A DNA stretch of 24,000 nt from Candidatus Electrothrix yaqonensis (GTDB lineage: Bacteria; Desulfobacterota; Desulfobulbia; Desulfobulbales; Desulfobulbaceae). Below, piece after piece: positions 16,246 to 24,000 of the stretch. The stretch is from contig CP178758.1 of the NCBI GenBank assembly GCA_047651235.1, positions 1,394,239 through 1,418,238 on the forward strand, written 5' to 3'. The position numbers and the translations under genes are program-made. Below the pieces are notes generated by a model. The model searched no databases. It was not told where the DNA came from and saw nothing but the letters and a program-made list of their open reading frames with translations. How positions within the stretch are numbered: position 1 is the stretch's first letter; every line of letters begins with the position of its first letter.

Positions 16246-16602
16246 TTACGCCCGTCTGCGTTCGCGGATACGGGCTGCTTTACCCCGTCGGTCACGCAGA
16301 TAGTACAGACGGGAACGCCGCACCCGACCCTGGGAAACAACTTCAATAGTCTCGACACGGGGAGAATGGAGGGCAAAGGTTTTTTCCACCCCGACGCCGC
16401 CGTGAGAAATTTTCCGTACTGTAAAACTGGCATTCATAGCGCCGCGTTTCCGTTTCAGGACAACGCCCTGAAAAATCTGAATACGCTCTTTATCTCCCTC
16501 AATAATACGGATATGTACTTTCACCGTATCCCCGGGACGAAACTCCGGCAGATCAAACCGCATCTGCTCCTGATCTATTGTATCGATAATGCTCATAGCC
16601 AT
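16246..16602 (-). CDS. rplS: 50S ribosomal protein L19
   Basis: [29 protein letters not shown] and [18 protein letters not shown]. The start may instead be the second ATG at 16596. Confidence 0.96.
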   Translation of the reverse strand: MAMSIIDTIDQEQMRFDLPEFRPGDTVKVHIRIIEGDKERIQIFQGVVLKRKRGAMNASFTVRKISHGGVGVEKTFALHSPRVETIEVVSQGRVRRSRLYYLRDRRGKAARIRERRRA

Positions 16603-16745
16603 AATGTTCTTTTTTCGGGCCGTACAGCAGGGCCCGCTGGATGCCTCCGTCCACCCCTGATTCTATCTCAATATAAATAATTATCTGTTTTTTTCCATAG
16701 CACTGCTGCTCTTATGAGCTGCAGTAAGATATACTGCCCGTCCGG

Positions 16746-17321
16746 TCAAACCGCAGCTTCACGGTTACCGAACAGCCGGTCCAGCAGGATGGATGCTGCT
16801 GAACGTACTGAAAGATGATTGAATGCTCCCGCCCCTTTTATCGGCGGCAGAACTGCATCGACCTGCTCCATAATCTCAGGTGCCAGCCCCCAGGCAGTGC
16901 CTAACAGCAGGAGCACTGGATTTTTTTCCTGCAGAGTATGCCGCAACTCGGTATAACTGATCTCGTTCTGCTGCTGTCCGGCACTGGTGGCAACCAGGAG
17001 GGGCCTGCGTCCATGCTGCCGGGTCATCTCCGTAATGACCTGCTGCAGGTCCTGCCTGATTTGAATAATAGACAAGGCCTCGGCCCGGTCCGAATTCGCT
17101 CTGCCGCCGTACCCTTCTGTCCAATGGCCGACAATCTCGGCGGTCAGTTCCTGCTGCTGTTCGTACGGCGTGACCACCCAGTACGTGCCCACGCCAAAGG
17201 TCTTCCCGGCCCGGGCAATATCGTGCAGATCCAGATTGGTCACGGCAGAACCGATAACTTCGCCGTTCCGATTGACCACCGGATAGTGGATCAGGACGAT
17301 ATCACAACGGAAAGACTCCAT
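16746..17321 (-). CDS. Predicted SPOUT-class SAM-dependent RNA methyltransferase (TM1570 / Methyltrn_RNA_4-like), substrate unknown
   Basis: A 191-aa ORF with IVLIHYPVVNRNGEVIGSAVTNLDLHDIARAGKTFGV and LLLGTAWGL...NHLSVRSAASILLDRL. This resembles the small methyltransferase family often found between trmD and rplS. The family assignment is from memory, not from a search. Confidence 0.6.
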   Translation of the reverse strand: MESFRCDIVLIHYPVVNRNGEVIGSAVTNLDLHDIARAGKTFGVGTYWVVTPYEQQQELTAEIVGHWTEGYGGRANSDRAEALSIIQIRQDLQQVITEMTRQHGRRPLLVATSAGQQQNEISYTELRHTLQEKNPVLLLLGTAWGLAPEIMEQVDAVLPPIKGAGAFNHLSVRSAASILLDRLFGNREAAV

Positions 17322-17330
17322 TCCGAGGTC

Positions 17331-18119
17331 TTAGCAGGGATCATCGACCGTACCGGCGGTCTGCTGCCGTACGTGTGCAGTCTGTTCAATCTGTGCAGAC
17401 AGTCCGGCTTGGCGCAGCTGCTTCATCTCAGCCGGGGAAAACTCCACGGTGCGCAAGAGGTCAGGACGTCTGCGCAGGGTTTCCCGTACCGAGTCAAGAA
17501 AACGGTATTCCTCAATCCGGGCATGATCACCGTTCAGCAGGACTTCCGGCACGGAAATTCCGGCAAACTCACGCGGTCGGGTATACTGGCCGTGTTTCAG
17601 CAGCCCCCGGCTGAAGGTATCTCTGGCAGCTGAATCCGCACAGCCCAGCACACCGGGCAGTAACCTAGTCACGGAATCCACCAGCACCATTGCCGCCAGC
17701 TCGCCGCCGGTCAGGATGTAATCCCCGATGGACAACTCTTCGTCCACGTATAGCTGGCAGAACCGTTCATCTACACCTTCATACCGACCGCAGACCAAAA
17801 TCAGCCGCTCACATTCGGCCAGCCGTTCTGCTGTCCGCTGGGTGTACACTGTGCCGCGCGGGGAAAGCAGAATCACCCTGCCCTGCCCTGCCGTCCGGAC
17901 ACCCTCCAAACAGGCAGCCAGAGGCTCAGGTTTCATTACCATGCCCTCACCGCCGCCAAAGGGACGGTCATCGGTCATGGAATGCCTGTCCGTGGCCCAG
18001 TCGCGGATATTATGCAGATTGACCCTGATCTGCCCGGCCTGCAGCGCCCTTTTCAGAATGCCTTCCTGCAGGGGCGTGGTAAACAGATCCGGAAAAATCG
18101 TCAGGATCTCAAAATGCAT
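17331..18119 (-). CDS. trmD: tRNA (guanine37-N1)-methyltransferase
   Basis: FEILTIFPDLF, DDRPFGGGEGMVMKPEP, VCGRYEGVDER and SIGDYILTGGELAAMV. Confidence 0.96.
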   Translation of the reverse strand: MHFEILTIFPDLFTTPLQEGILKRALQAGQIRVNLHNIRDWATDRHSMTDDRPFGGGEGMVMKPEPLAACLEGVRTAGQGRVILLSPRGTVYTQRTAERLAECERLILVCGRYEGVDERFCQLYVDEELSIGDYILTGGELAAMVLVDSVTRLLPGVLGCADSAARDTFSRGLLKHGQYTRPREFAGISVPEVLLNGDHARIEEYRFLDSVRETLRRRPDLLRTVEFSPAEMKQLRQAGLSAQIEQTAHVRQQTAGTVDDPC

Positions 18120-18133
18120 ATACGTTCAGCTGA

Positions 18134-18688
18134 TCAGCTGTTGATCTCCAGCAGGCCGGAAGGCAGAGCAACCGTCACTTCCTTTTGATCAATGGCACGC
18201 AGAAAGGCAGGCGCCAGAGGAACGAGATATTCCTGCCTCTCTCCCTGCACCTGCAGGATAGTCTGCGGGCTGTCGGCAAGGAATCCGATAATCTTTCCCA
18301 CCATCTGTCCCTCAGCCGTTCTGAGTATCTTGCCCTCGAATTCCCTGAGATAGAACTCATTTTCTGCCGGTTCAGGGAGATCCTCCGGATACACATAGAC
18401 TGAGGAGCGGACCAGCTGTTCTGCCTCGTCCCGGGAAGAACAGCCTTCAAGCTGGAGCACAACACTGTTTTTCTGCATCCTGGCCCGTTCGACGTTGTAA
18501 AGAACCGGTGTTGCTCCCTGGTCTGCAGCAAGCAGAATGCGGGAATACTCCAGCATCTGTTCCGGATCCCCTGAATAGGGCAGCACCCTGATCTCACCCC
18601 GGACAGCATGCGGTCTGGTCACCCGACCCACCAGAACAAGATCATCTGTACACGGAGCACACGTATCAATATCGCTCATCATTATCAC
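18134..18688 (-). CDS. rimM: Ribosome maturation factor RimM
   Basis: LVLVGRVTRPHAVRGEIRV followed by a PRC-barrel C-terminal half. GTG 18688 overlaps the stop of the KH gene, and the ATGs at 18682 and 18679 are alternative starts. Confidence 0.9.
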   Translation of the reverse strand: MIMMSDIDTCAPCTDDLVLVGRVTRPHAVRGEIRVLPYSGDPEQMLEYSRILLAADQGATPVLYNVERARMQKNSVVLQLEGCSSRDEAEQLVRSSVYVYPEDLPEPAENEFYLREFEGKILRTAEGQMVGKIIGFLADSPQTILQVQGERQEYLVPLAPAFLRAIDQKEVTVALPSGLLEINS

Positions 18689-18915
18689 TCGATAATTTCA
18701 AGACGGGAACGTTTGTTGTCTTTTGCCGCCATCGCGGACAGCACCGTCCGCATGGCCCGGGCAGTACGTCCCTGTTTCCCGATCACCTTGCCGAGATCCT
18801 CCTTGGCAACCCGCAGCTCCACAGTCACTGTACCGCTGTCCTCATGCTGCCCGGCAGACACCTCATCCGGTGCATCCACCAGCTTGGCCGCAATAAAAGA
18901 GATAAACTCCTTCAT
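18685..18915 (-). CDS. KH-domain RNA-binding protein (UPF0109 / YlqC-like)
   Basis: A 76-aa ORF with LGKVIGKQGRTARAMRTVL (GxxG loop), in the conserved slot between rpsP and rimM. Confidence 0.9.
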   Translation of the reverse strand: MKEFISFIAAKLVDAPDEVSAGQHEDSGTVTVELRVAKEDLGKVIGKQGRTARAMRTVLSAMAAKDNKRSRLEIIE

Positions 18916-18929
18916 CTATCAACTCCGGT

Positions 18930-19187
18930 TTATGCTGCCTCAACCACGGGAGCTTCGTACTTGTCAATCAGGGTCTTCACCGTCTGGCTCGGCTGTGCGC
19001 CCCTGCCCATCCAGTCCTGCAGTTTTTCCGTATTCAGGCGGATAGCTGCCGGATCCTGCATTGGATCATAGGTTCCGACAATGTCAAGAAATTTTCCGTC
19101 GCGGGGAGCCTGGGAATCTGCCACCACGATGCGGTAAAACGGTTGTTTTTTGCGTCCTTTTCTGGTCAAACGAATTCGTACTGCCAT
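18930..19187 (-). CDS. rpsP: 30S ribosomal protein S16
   Basis: MAVRIRLTRKGRKKQPFYRIVVADSQAPRDGKFLDIVGTYDP. Confidence 0.96.
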   Translation of the reverse strand: MAVRIRLTRKGRKKQPFYRIVVADSQAPRDGKFLDIVGTYDPMQDPAAIRLNTEKLQDWMGRGAQPSQTVKTLIDKYEAPVVEAA

Positions 19188-19317
19188 TGGTTTTCCTATC
19201 TCCTGTGTTCTCCTGTGGATTCTTCACATACCGGAATAATAATCCGGAACCAACTCCGCACTCTGTTTTATTCTGTTGTGTAAAAACAAAAAAATTACCG
19301 GGGCTGGCAATCAACGA

Positions 19318-20670
19318 TCAGCGCCGCAGTCCCTTGGGCCGTTTACGCCGTTTGCCCCCTTTGGTCACCACGGACTTGCCCTGCATTTTTTTCATCATCT
19401 TCAGCATCATAGTATAGCTTTTCAGCACCCGGTTTACTTCCTGCAGCGAGGTGCCGGAACCTTTGGCGATCCGTTGTCTGCGGCTTGCGGTAATAATTTT
19501 ATAATTGTTCCGCTCCTTTCTGGTCATGGAAAGGATAATCGCTTCGGTCTTGACCAGCTCCTTTTCATCCGGCGTCGGGGCGTCCTGCAGCTGTTTCAGC
19601 TTGTTGATCCCCGGAACCATGCTCATGAGCTGCTCCAGGCTGCCCATTTTCTTTATATTCTGAATCTGATCAAGAAAGTCCTCCAGCGTAAAAACATTCT
19701 TGCGGATCTTACGGGCAAGTTTTTTCGCCTCTTTTTCATCAACAACCTGTTCCGCCTTTTCAATCAGGGACAGCACGTCCCCCATGCCCAGAATTCTGGA
19801 AGCGGTCCGATCCGGATGAAAGATCTCCAGAGCATCAAGAGCCTCGCCGATCCCGACGAATTTGATCGGCTTGCCGGTGATCTTCTTTACCGACAGTGCT
19901 GCGCCGCCACGGGCGTCACCTTCCATCTTGGTGAGCACAACACCGGTGATTTCAAGATCCGTGTTGAACTTGTCCGCCACAGTAACCGCATCCTGACCGG
20001 TCATAGAGTCAGCGACAAACAGCACTTCGGACAGCCGTACTGCGGCGGAGATGTCCTGCAGCTCGCCCATAAGCTGCTCATCCACATGCAGCCGACCTGC
20101 CGTGTCGATGATCACGGTATCATGACCGGCTGTTTCCGCCTGGGCTACAGCCTGTCGGGCGATTTCCACCGGACTCTGATCTGTTGTCGAATCAAAGACC
20201 GGCACGCCGACCTGCTCGCCGAGCACATGCAGCTGCTCAATAGCTGCCGGACGGTAGACATCCGCAGGCACCAGAAACGGTGTGCGTCCTTTTTCCTTGA
20301 GCTGCCGGGCAATCTTTGCCGAGGTCGTTGTTTTACCTGAGCCCTGCAGCCCGGCCATCATGATAACCACCGGCTGGGGACCGTCAAGGCGCAGCGGTTC
20401 AGCCTCACTGCCGAGCAGGGTCACCAGTTCTTCATACACGACCTTGATGACCTGCTGGCCCGGAGCCAGACTGGCAAGCACTTCCTTGCCGACCGCCTTT
20501 TCAGTGACCGAAGCGACAAATTCCTTGACGACCTGAAAATTGACGTCCGCTTCGAGCAAGGCCGTGCGTACTTCACGCATTGCCTCGCTGATATTTTCCT
20601 CTGTCAGTCTGCCGTGGCCGCGCAGCTTTTTGAACACGCCTTCAAGGCGGTCTGTTAAATTCTCAAACAT
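19318..20670 (-). CDS. ffh: Signal recognition particle protein Ffh
   Basis: N-domain MFENLTDRLEGVFKKLRG. G-domain motifs GLQGSGKTTTSAK, DTAGR and TKMEGDARGG. Met-rich M-domain (MMLKMMKKM). Confidence 0.97.
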   Translation of the reverse strand: MFENLTDRLEGVFKKLRGHGRLTEENISEAMREVRTALLEADVNFQVVKEFVASVTEKAVGKEVLASLAPGQQVIKVVYEELVTLLGSEAEPLRLDGPQPVVIMMAGLQGSGKTTTSAKIARQLKEKGRTPFLVPADVYRPAAIEQLHVLGEQVGVPVFDSTTDQSPVEIARQAVAQAETAGHDTVIIDTAGRLHVDEQLMGELQDISAAVRLSEVLFVADSMTGQDAVTVADKFNTDLEITGVVLTKMEGDARGGAALSVKKITGKPIKFVGIGEALDALEIFHPDRTASRILGMGDVLSLIEKAEQVVDEKEAKKLARKIRKNVFTLEDFLDQIQNIKKMGSLEQLMSMVPGINKLKQLQDAPTPDEKELVKTEAIILSMTRKERNNYKIITASRRQRIAKGSGTSLQEVNRVLKSYTMMLKMMKKMQGKSVVTKGGKRRKRPKGLRR

Positions 20671-20915
20671 GGTTCTCTGCAGAAGAGTAATGCATCAGCA
20701 TAAAAAATAAGCATAAATGAGAGCACCGGCACACACCGGCAGCCAGCTTCAAGCTGGACATCAGAGTCAAGTTGACCGAGAAAACAAAAATATTTACTCC
20801 ATGCCCGCCATTCTGTCAAGCAGGAAGCAGAACGAACCGGTAAAAGAAGTGAACGACAAGTATCCGGCATAAACGGCTCTGGCCCTGCGGGCCTCGGTCC
20901 GCCATCATTCCGGCA

Positions 20916-21866
20916 TCAGTCCGTTATGACGGCCACTGCTTTTTCCAGCAGTTCCGGGGTATCGGCCTGAACACAGACCACAGGACTCTTCCGGGGCAGG
21001 ATCTTCCGCAGCATACCGGTCAGTACCCTTTTAGGTCCCAGTTCCACAAAGACCTCGACACCGTCCTCGATTATACGCTGGATGGATTCATACCAGCGCA
21101 CCCGTGAAGCGATCTGCCGGGCCATGATGCCCCGGATCGCTGTCGGATCAGTTTCCTGTGCCGCTGTGACATTAAACAGGACAGGCAGCTGCGGCTTATT
21201 AAATGGGATTGTTTTCATGCAGGCGGCAAAATCATCCACTGCCCCGGCAACCAGAGGACTGTGGTTGGCCACGGACACCTTGAGCGGGACAATTTTGCCT
21301 GCCCCGTTTGCGCGGCAGACCTCGCTGAACCCATCCAGTCCTTCCTGATCACCGGAAATGATAATCTGTTCAGCGGTATTGTGATTGGCCACCACCACAG
21401 TGCCGCCGCCAGTATATTCCGCCAGCAGGCTCTCCATCGTTTCAATGGTCAGGCCGAGAACCGCCCGCATTCCTCCGGGATGAGCAGCACCTTCCCGCTC
21501 CATCAGGGCACCGCGCTTTGTTACCAGTTTCAGGGTGTCTGCAGCAGACAGCACCCCGGCTGCATGTAAGGCAGAGCATTCGCCCAGAGAATGGCCTCCG
21601 GCGTAGGCCGGGACAAAATCAGGCAGGGCCTTTTGCAGCTGCTGCCAGCAGATCAGGTTGACAGCGGTCAGGGCCGGCTGCAGATGAACCGCCCTGGTCA
21701 AATTCTCCATCGGGCCTTCTAGGCAGAGCTTCCGGAGCGAAAAACCGGTGGCCTCCTCAGCCATTTCCATCAGGGCTGCAGCATCAGAGTCTGCTTCGAT
21801 AAACTCCTGGCCCATTCCTACGTACTGTGATCCCTGACCGGGAAAAAGAACTGCTGTTTTCTTCAT
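20916..21866 (-). CDS. fabD: Malonyl-CoA:ACP transacylase
   Basis: FPGQGSQYVGMG, GHSLGECSAL (active-site Ser) and VSVANHSPL. Confidence 0.94.
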   Translation of the reverse strand: MKKTAVLFPGQGSQYVGMGQEFIEADSDAAALMEMAEEATGFSLRKLCLEGPMENLTRAVHLQPALTAVNLICWQQLQKALPDFVPAYAGGHSLGECSALHAAGVLSAADTLKLVTKRGALMEREGAAHPGGMRAVLGLTIETMESLLAEYTGGGTVVVANHNTAEQIIISGDQEGLDGFSEVCRANGAGKIVPLKVSVANHSPLVAGAVDDFAACMKTIPFNKPQLPVLFNVTAAQETDPTAIRGIMARQIASRVRWYESIQRIIEDGVEVFVELGPKRVLTGMLRKILPRKSPVVCVQADTPELLEKAVAVITD

Positions 21867-21966
21867 TGATTAGAGATTAATTGAATTGCTTTTTTCTTGA
21901 TTTCCCAAGTATTTCTTGAATGAGAAGCAGGACGTGACAGCTGACCATCCGCTGTGATATCGGAGG

Positions 21967-22557
21967 CTATATAAACAATGCTCTGATATCCTGCCAGGAG
22001 CGGACAACAGGAAGTTGGTGGCGGTTATGATTCCAGGGCTGGCTGAAGACAAACGGCTGAATGCCCGCCTGACTGAGCTGAATACAGGTCTCGGCGCGAT
22101 CATCGATAAAATAGCGCAACCCCTGCTCACGGACATGCCGGGGTTTGTCATCATGGATGCTCATAGCAATGACCCTGATCGATCTGCAGGCTGCGGGCGG
22201 AAACATGGCCTCAAACCAGTTATGCACCGGCTCGGCAAGAGAACGGGCTGTAATCACAGAAAGACTGCTGAACCCTGCCAGCTCGGCAAGCACCTCTACA
22301 GCTCCGGGCATCGGCTGCAGCCCGGTACCCAAAGAATCCCGCAGTATCCTGGCAAAAATCCCCTCGACCTGATCTCGGTCAAGAGCATCAATGCATTTTT
22401 CCACCTCGAAATTGACGATATCCTCAGGGATGAGATCACACAGGCCGTATTCTTCGCAGACAAGCCGGAGAAACGCCTCTGCCGTATCGGCAATAACGCC
22501 GTCAAAATCAAACCCGACCAGAGCCGGATCAATTTTCGTCGCTCCGTTTACAGGCAT
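21967..22557 (-). CDS. HAD-superfamily hydrolase, 5'(3')-deoxyribonucleotidase-like
   Basis: DFDGVIADT (HAD motif I) close to the ATG at 22557, with C-terminal FVFSQPWNHN. The Arg/Gly-rich upstream extension of the track ORF (to 22701) overlaps the preceding small gene and looks non-coding. Confidence 0.65.
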   Translation of the reverse strand: MPVNGATKIDPALVGFDFDGVIADTAEAFLRLVCEEYGLCDLIPEDIVNFEVEKCIDALDRDQVEGIFARILRDSLGTGLQPMPGAVEVLAELAGFSSLSVITARSLAEPVHNWFEAMFPPAACRSIRVIAMSIHDDKPRHVREQGLRYFIDDRAETCIQLSQAGIQPFVFSQPWNHNRHQLPVVRSWQDIRALFI

Positions 22558-22574
22558 CTGTACGGCTCGACAAC

Positions 22575-22763
22575 CTATTTTTTCCGGATTGAAGCGGAAG
22601 AACGGCGCATTTCCTGTTCGACCCGGCGGATTTTTTCTTCCAGCTCTTCGCTTACCGCGATACGCCCTTCCAGTACACATCCCTTGCGTCCGGGGGCGCA
22701 TTCTCCGGAAAGCCGTTTACATCTGTTTTCCGCGATATCGTAATTTCTGCAATGAAAGGTCAT
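22575..22763 (-). CDS. Small (62 aa) Cys-rich hypothetical protein
   Basis: ATG at 22763 with GGAAG 5 nt upstream. The ORF fits between the OB-fold gene (26-nt gap) and the HAD gene (17-nt gap) on the same strand. It has four Cys (C-x9-C-x6-C-x6-C) followed by a charged helix, EELEEKIRRVEQEMRR. I recognise no family. Confidence 0.5.
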   Translation of the reverse strand: MTFHCRNYDIAENRCKRLSGECAPGRKGCVLEGRIAVSEELEEKIRRVEQEMRRSSASIRKK

Positions 22764-22789
22764 ACCTGCTTCCTGCCCGCCGCAAACGC

Positions 22790-23620
22790 CTATTCCCCGA
22801 CGATCTTCGCATCCTCAACGATGGCATCATATCGGTATCCGGCGCCGAAGTCTTTCTCCTTATGCAGAGTTCCTTCAATTGTAACGACAGCGCCTTTTTC
22901 CGTGGTCTCCGAGGTGGTTACCACCAGATCATGGGTTTTCTTTTCGGCATCTCCGGTACCGTCCTGCAGATGCAGCCAGTTTTTTCCCATAATCATAGGA
23001 GAAAATTTAACCACCTTGCCGCGTACCCGCACGGTTTTCCCGTCCAGTTTCTCGACATTGGCAAAACATTCCTCCACGGTCTGCGCATTGTCCCCTTCGG
23101 CTTTATCCACACTGATCTTGTCAGCAGGCACAGCAGCCTTCTTTGACCCGCCGGACAGCCTTTCCAGTTCCGCATCATCCACCGGCCCTTCGACCTTCTG
23201 CATGTACTCATGATGCTTGGACATATCCGGCGTTCCGCCTTCAGTCTCGTTTTTCTGCGCCACCTTGCCGGGTTCTTCAAGGCCTGCGGAAAAGATCAGA
23301 GCATCAAAGGTTCGGCCCAACGATTCAGACTCAAAGGATTTCATCAGCATACCAGGACTGACAACCACTTCCTGACCCGCTTCCACCGGAGTCTCCGGGA
23401 TGGCCACCCAGACCGCATCCTGCTCTCCTTTGATCTGCAGATAGGTATATCCCCCGCCGGACTGCACCTCCAACACCTTACCCTGAATCGGTTTCCCGGC
23501 CAGACCGGCTGCAGCTTCCCTGGCAGCCGGAGCCGTCTTTTTTTCTTCAGCCGACACAGGTCCGGCAAACATAAGTGCCAAAGCCAAGGCTCCGGCAATA
23601 TACCCGCTTCTCATAACCAT
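22790..23620 (-). CDS. Secreted protein with two OB-fold-like modules (the type often annotated 'nucleic acid binding OB-fold' in Geobacter/Desulfuromonas relatives)
   Basis: AAGGAG lies 8 nt upstream of the ATG. Signal peptide ..LMFAGPVSA. First module GKVLEVQSGGGYTYLQIKGEQDAVWVAIPE...FESESLGRTFDALIFS. Second module GKTVRVRGKVVKFSPMIMGKNWLHLQDG. The function is unknown. Confidence 0.7.
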   Translation of the reverse strand: MVMRSGYIAGALALALMFAGPVSAEEKKTAPAAREAAAGLAGKPIQGKVLEVQSGGGYTYLQIKGEQDAVWVAIPETPVEAGQEVVVSPGMLMKSFESESLGRTFDALIFSAGLEEPGKVAQKNETEGGTPDMSKHHEYMQKVEGPVDDAELERLSGGSKKAAVPADKISVDKAEGDNAQTVEECFANVEKLDGKTVRVRGKVVKFSPMIMGKNWLHLQDGTGDAEKKTHDLVVTTSETTEKGAVVTIEGTLHKEKDFGAGYRYDAIVEDAKIVGE

Positions 23621-23723
23621 AACCTTATCTCCTTATAAACAAAATTTTCTCTGCTTTATTTTAACTTGTCTTTATCTTCAATTATCCTTTGCAGTCATCC
23701 CCGTGAAGATACGCTTCCTCAGC

Positions 23724-23999
23724 TTATTGGTCAGCCCGATCGAGCTCGACAAACGGCAGGCCGAACCAATGCGGAATCACTCCGGCCTGCCAGCAGTCCT
23801 TTGTATTCCGAAAAATCTCCTTCATGGTCCCCCTGATCACCGCCCAGAGTACATCATGGCCGCCGACATTAGCGCCGCCGTTGCACCAGAGGGCCTCAAG
23901 CATGAGAATTAGCAGAAAAAAATCCTGCTGCAACCGTCTGTTGACCGGATGATCCGGTTGTTCGGTACCGGTGTAGACATCAGGAAGCCCGCTGTTTTT
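23724..23999 (-). CDS. C-terminal 91 codons of an unidentified protein (gene continues past window end)
   Basis: The minus-strand frame is open from the window edge: KNSGLPDVYTGTEQPDHPVNRRLQQDFFLLILMLEALWCNGGANVGGHDVLWAVIRGTMKEIFRNTKDCWQAGVIPHWFGLPFVELDRADQ then a stop. Codon usage resembles that of neighbouring genes. I recognise no family. Confidence 0.45.
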   Translation of the reverse strand, partial: KNSGLPDVYTGTEQPDHPVNRRLQQDFFLLILMLEALWCNGGANVGGHDVLWAVIRGTMKEIFRNTKDCWQAGVIPHWFGLPFVELDRADQ

Positions 24000-24000
24000 C

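Noticed and set aside
20815-20833. GTCAAGCAGGAAGCAGAAC upstream of ffh resembles the GGAAGCAG core of SRP (4.5S) RNA domain IV.
   Set aside because: The flanks show no complementary 5'/3' arms and no GNRA-closed helix, and they are AT-rich and unstructured. It is most likely a chance 8-mer match.
20916-21866. fabD stands alone, without the usual fabH/fabG/acpP/fabF neighbours.
   Set aside because: This is real but unremarkable. fab genes are dispersed in many genomes and nothing in the flanks suggests a specialised polyketide or lipid pathway.
22558-22701. An Arg/Gly-rich 48-codon upstream extension of the HAD hydrolase ORF.
   Set aside because: It overlaps the better-supported 62-aa gene, has a non-protein-like composition (RAYRGKRRAGRKNPPGRTGN), and would place HAD motif I about 65 residues from the N-terminus instead of near it.

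Overview
About 30 of the ~32 genes in this window are on the minus strand, and most are housekeeping genes of a moderately GC-rich bacterium. Gene order and protein families look Desulfobacterota/deltaproteobacterial, which is inference only.

Genes on the minus strand, from high to low coordinate:
- a partial unknown CDS
- a secreted two-OB-fold protein, a 62-aa Cys-rich protein and a HAD nucleotidase-like hydrolase
- fabD and ffh
- rpsP, a KH protein, rimM, trmD, a second SPOUT methyltransferase, rplS and rnhB
- two outer-membrane proteins and a DUF2959 lipoprotein
- sucC, sucD and a rhomboid protease
- hflK, hflC and cobU
- the start of the dcw cluster: rsmH, ftsL, a PBP in the ftsI position, and the murE 5' end

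Only two elements are on the plus strand: a tandem META/HslJ lipoprotein gene and a decayed IS4-type insertion sequence (about 5414-6407).

I found no tRNA, rRNA or CRISPR, and no convincing multi-gene novel system such as defence, toxin-antitoxin or a biosynthetic cluster.

The most unusual observations are:
1. The ftsI-position class B PBP keeps an intact 657-codon frame but has lost the SxxK, SxN and KTG transpeptidase motifs.
2. The spacer between ftsL and that PBP gene is unusually long (about 220 bp) and dense in short repeats, including TCAGTAC four times at 21/42-bp phasing.
3. mraZ is absent, and an orphan IS-end-like sequence sits beside the putative rsmH promoter.
4. A 443-aa outer-membrane protein has an N-terminal globular domain, a roughly 130-aa VPGPVQTVVKEV / EVPKIVEK spacer, a CCPPC motif and a C-terminal beta-barrel.

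All calls come from reading the translations and the DNA directly. No database searches were run.
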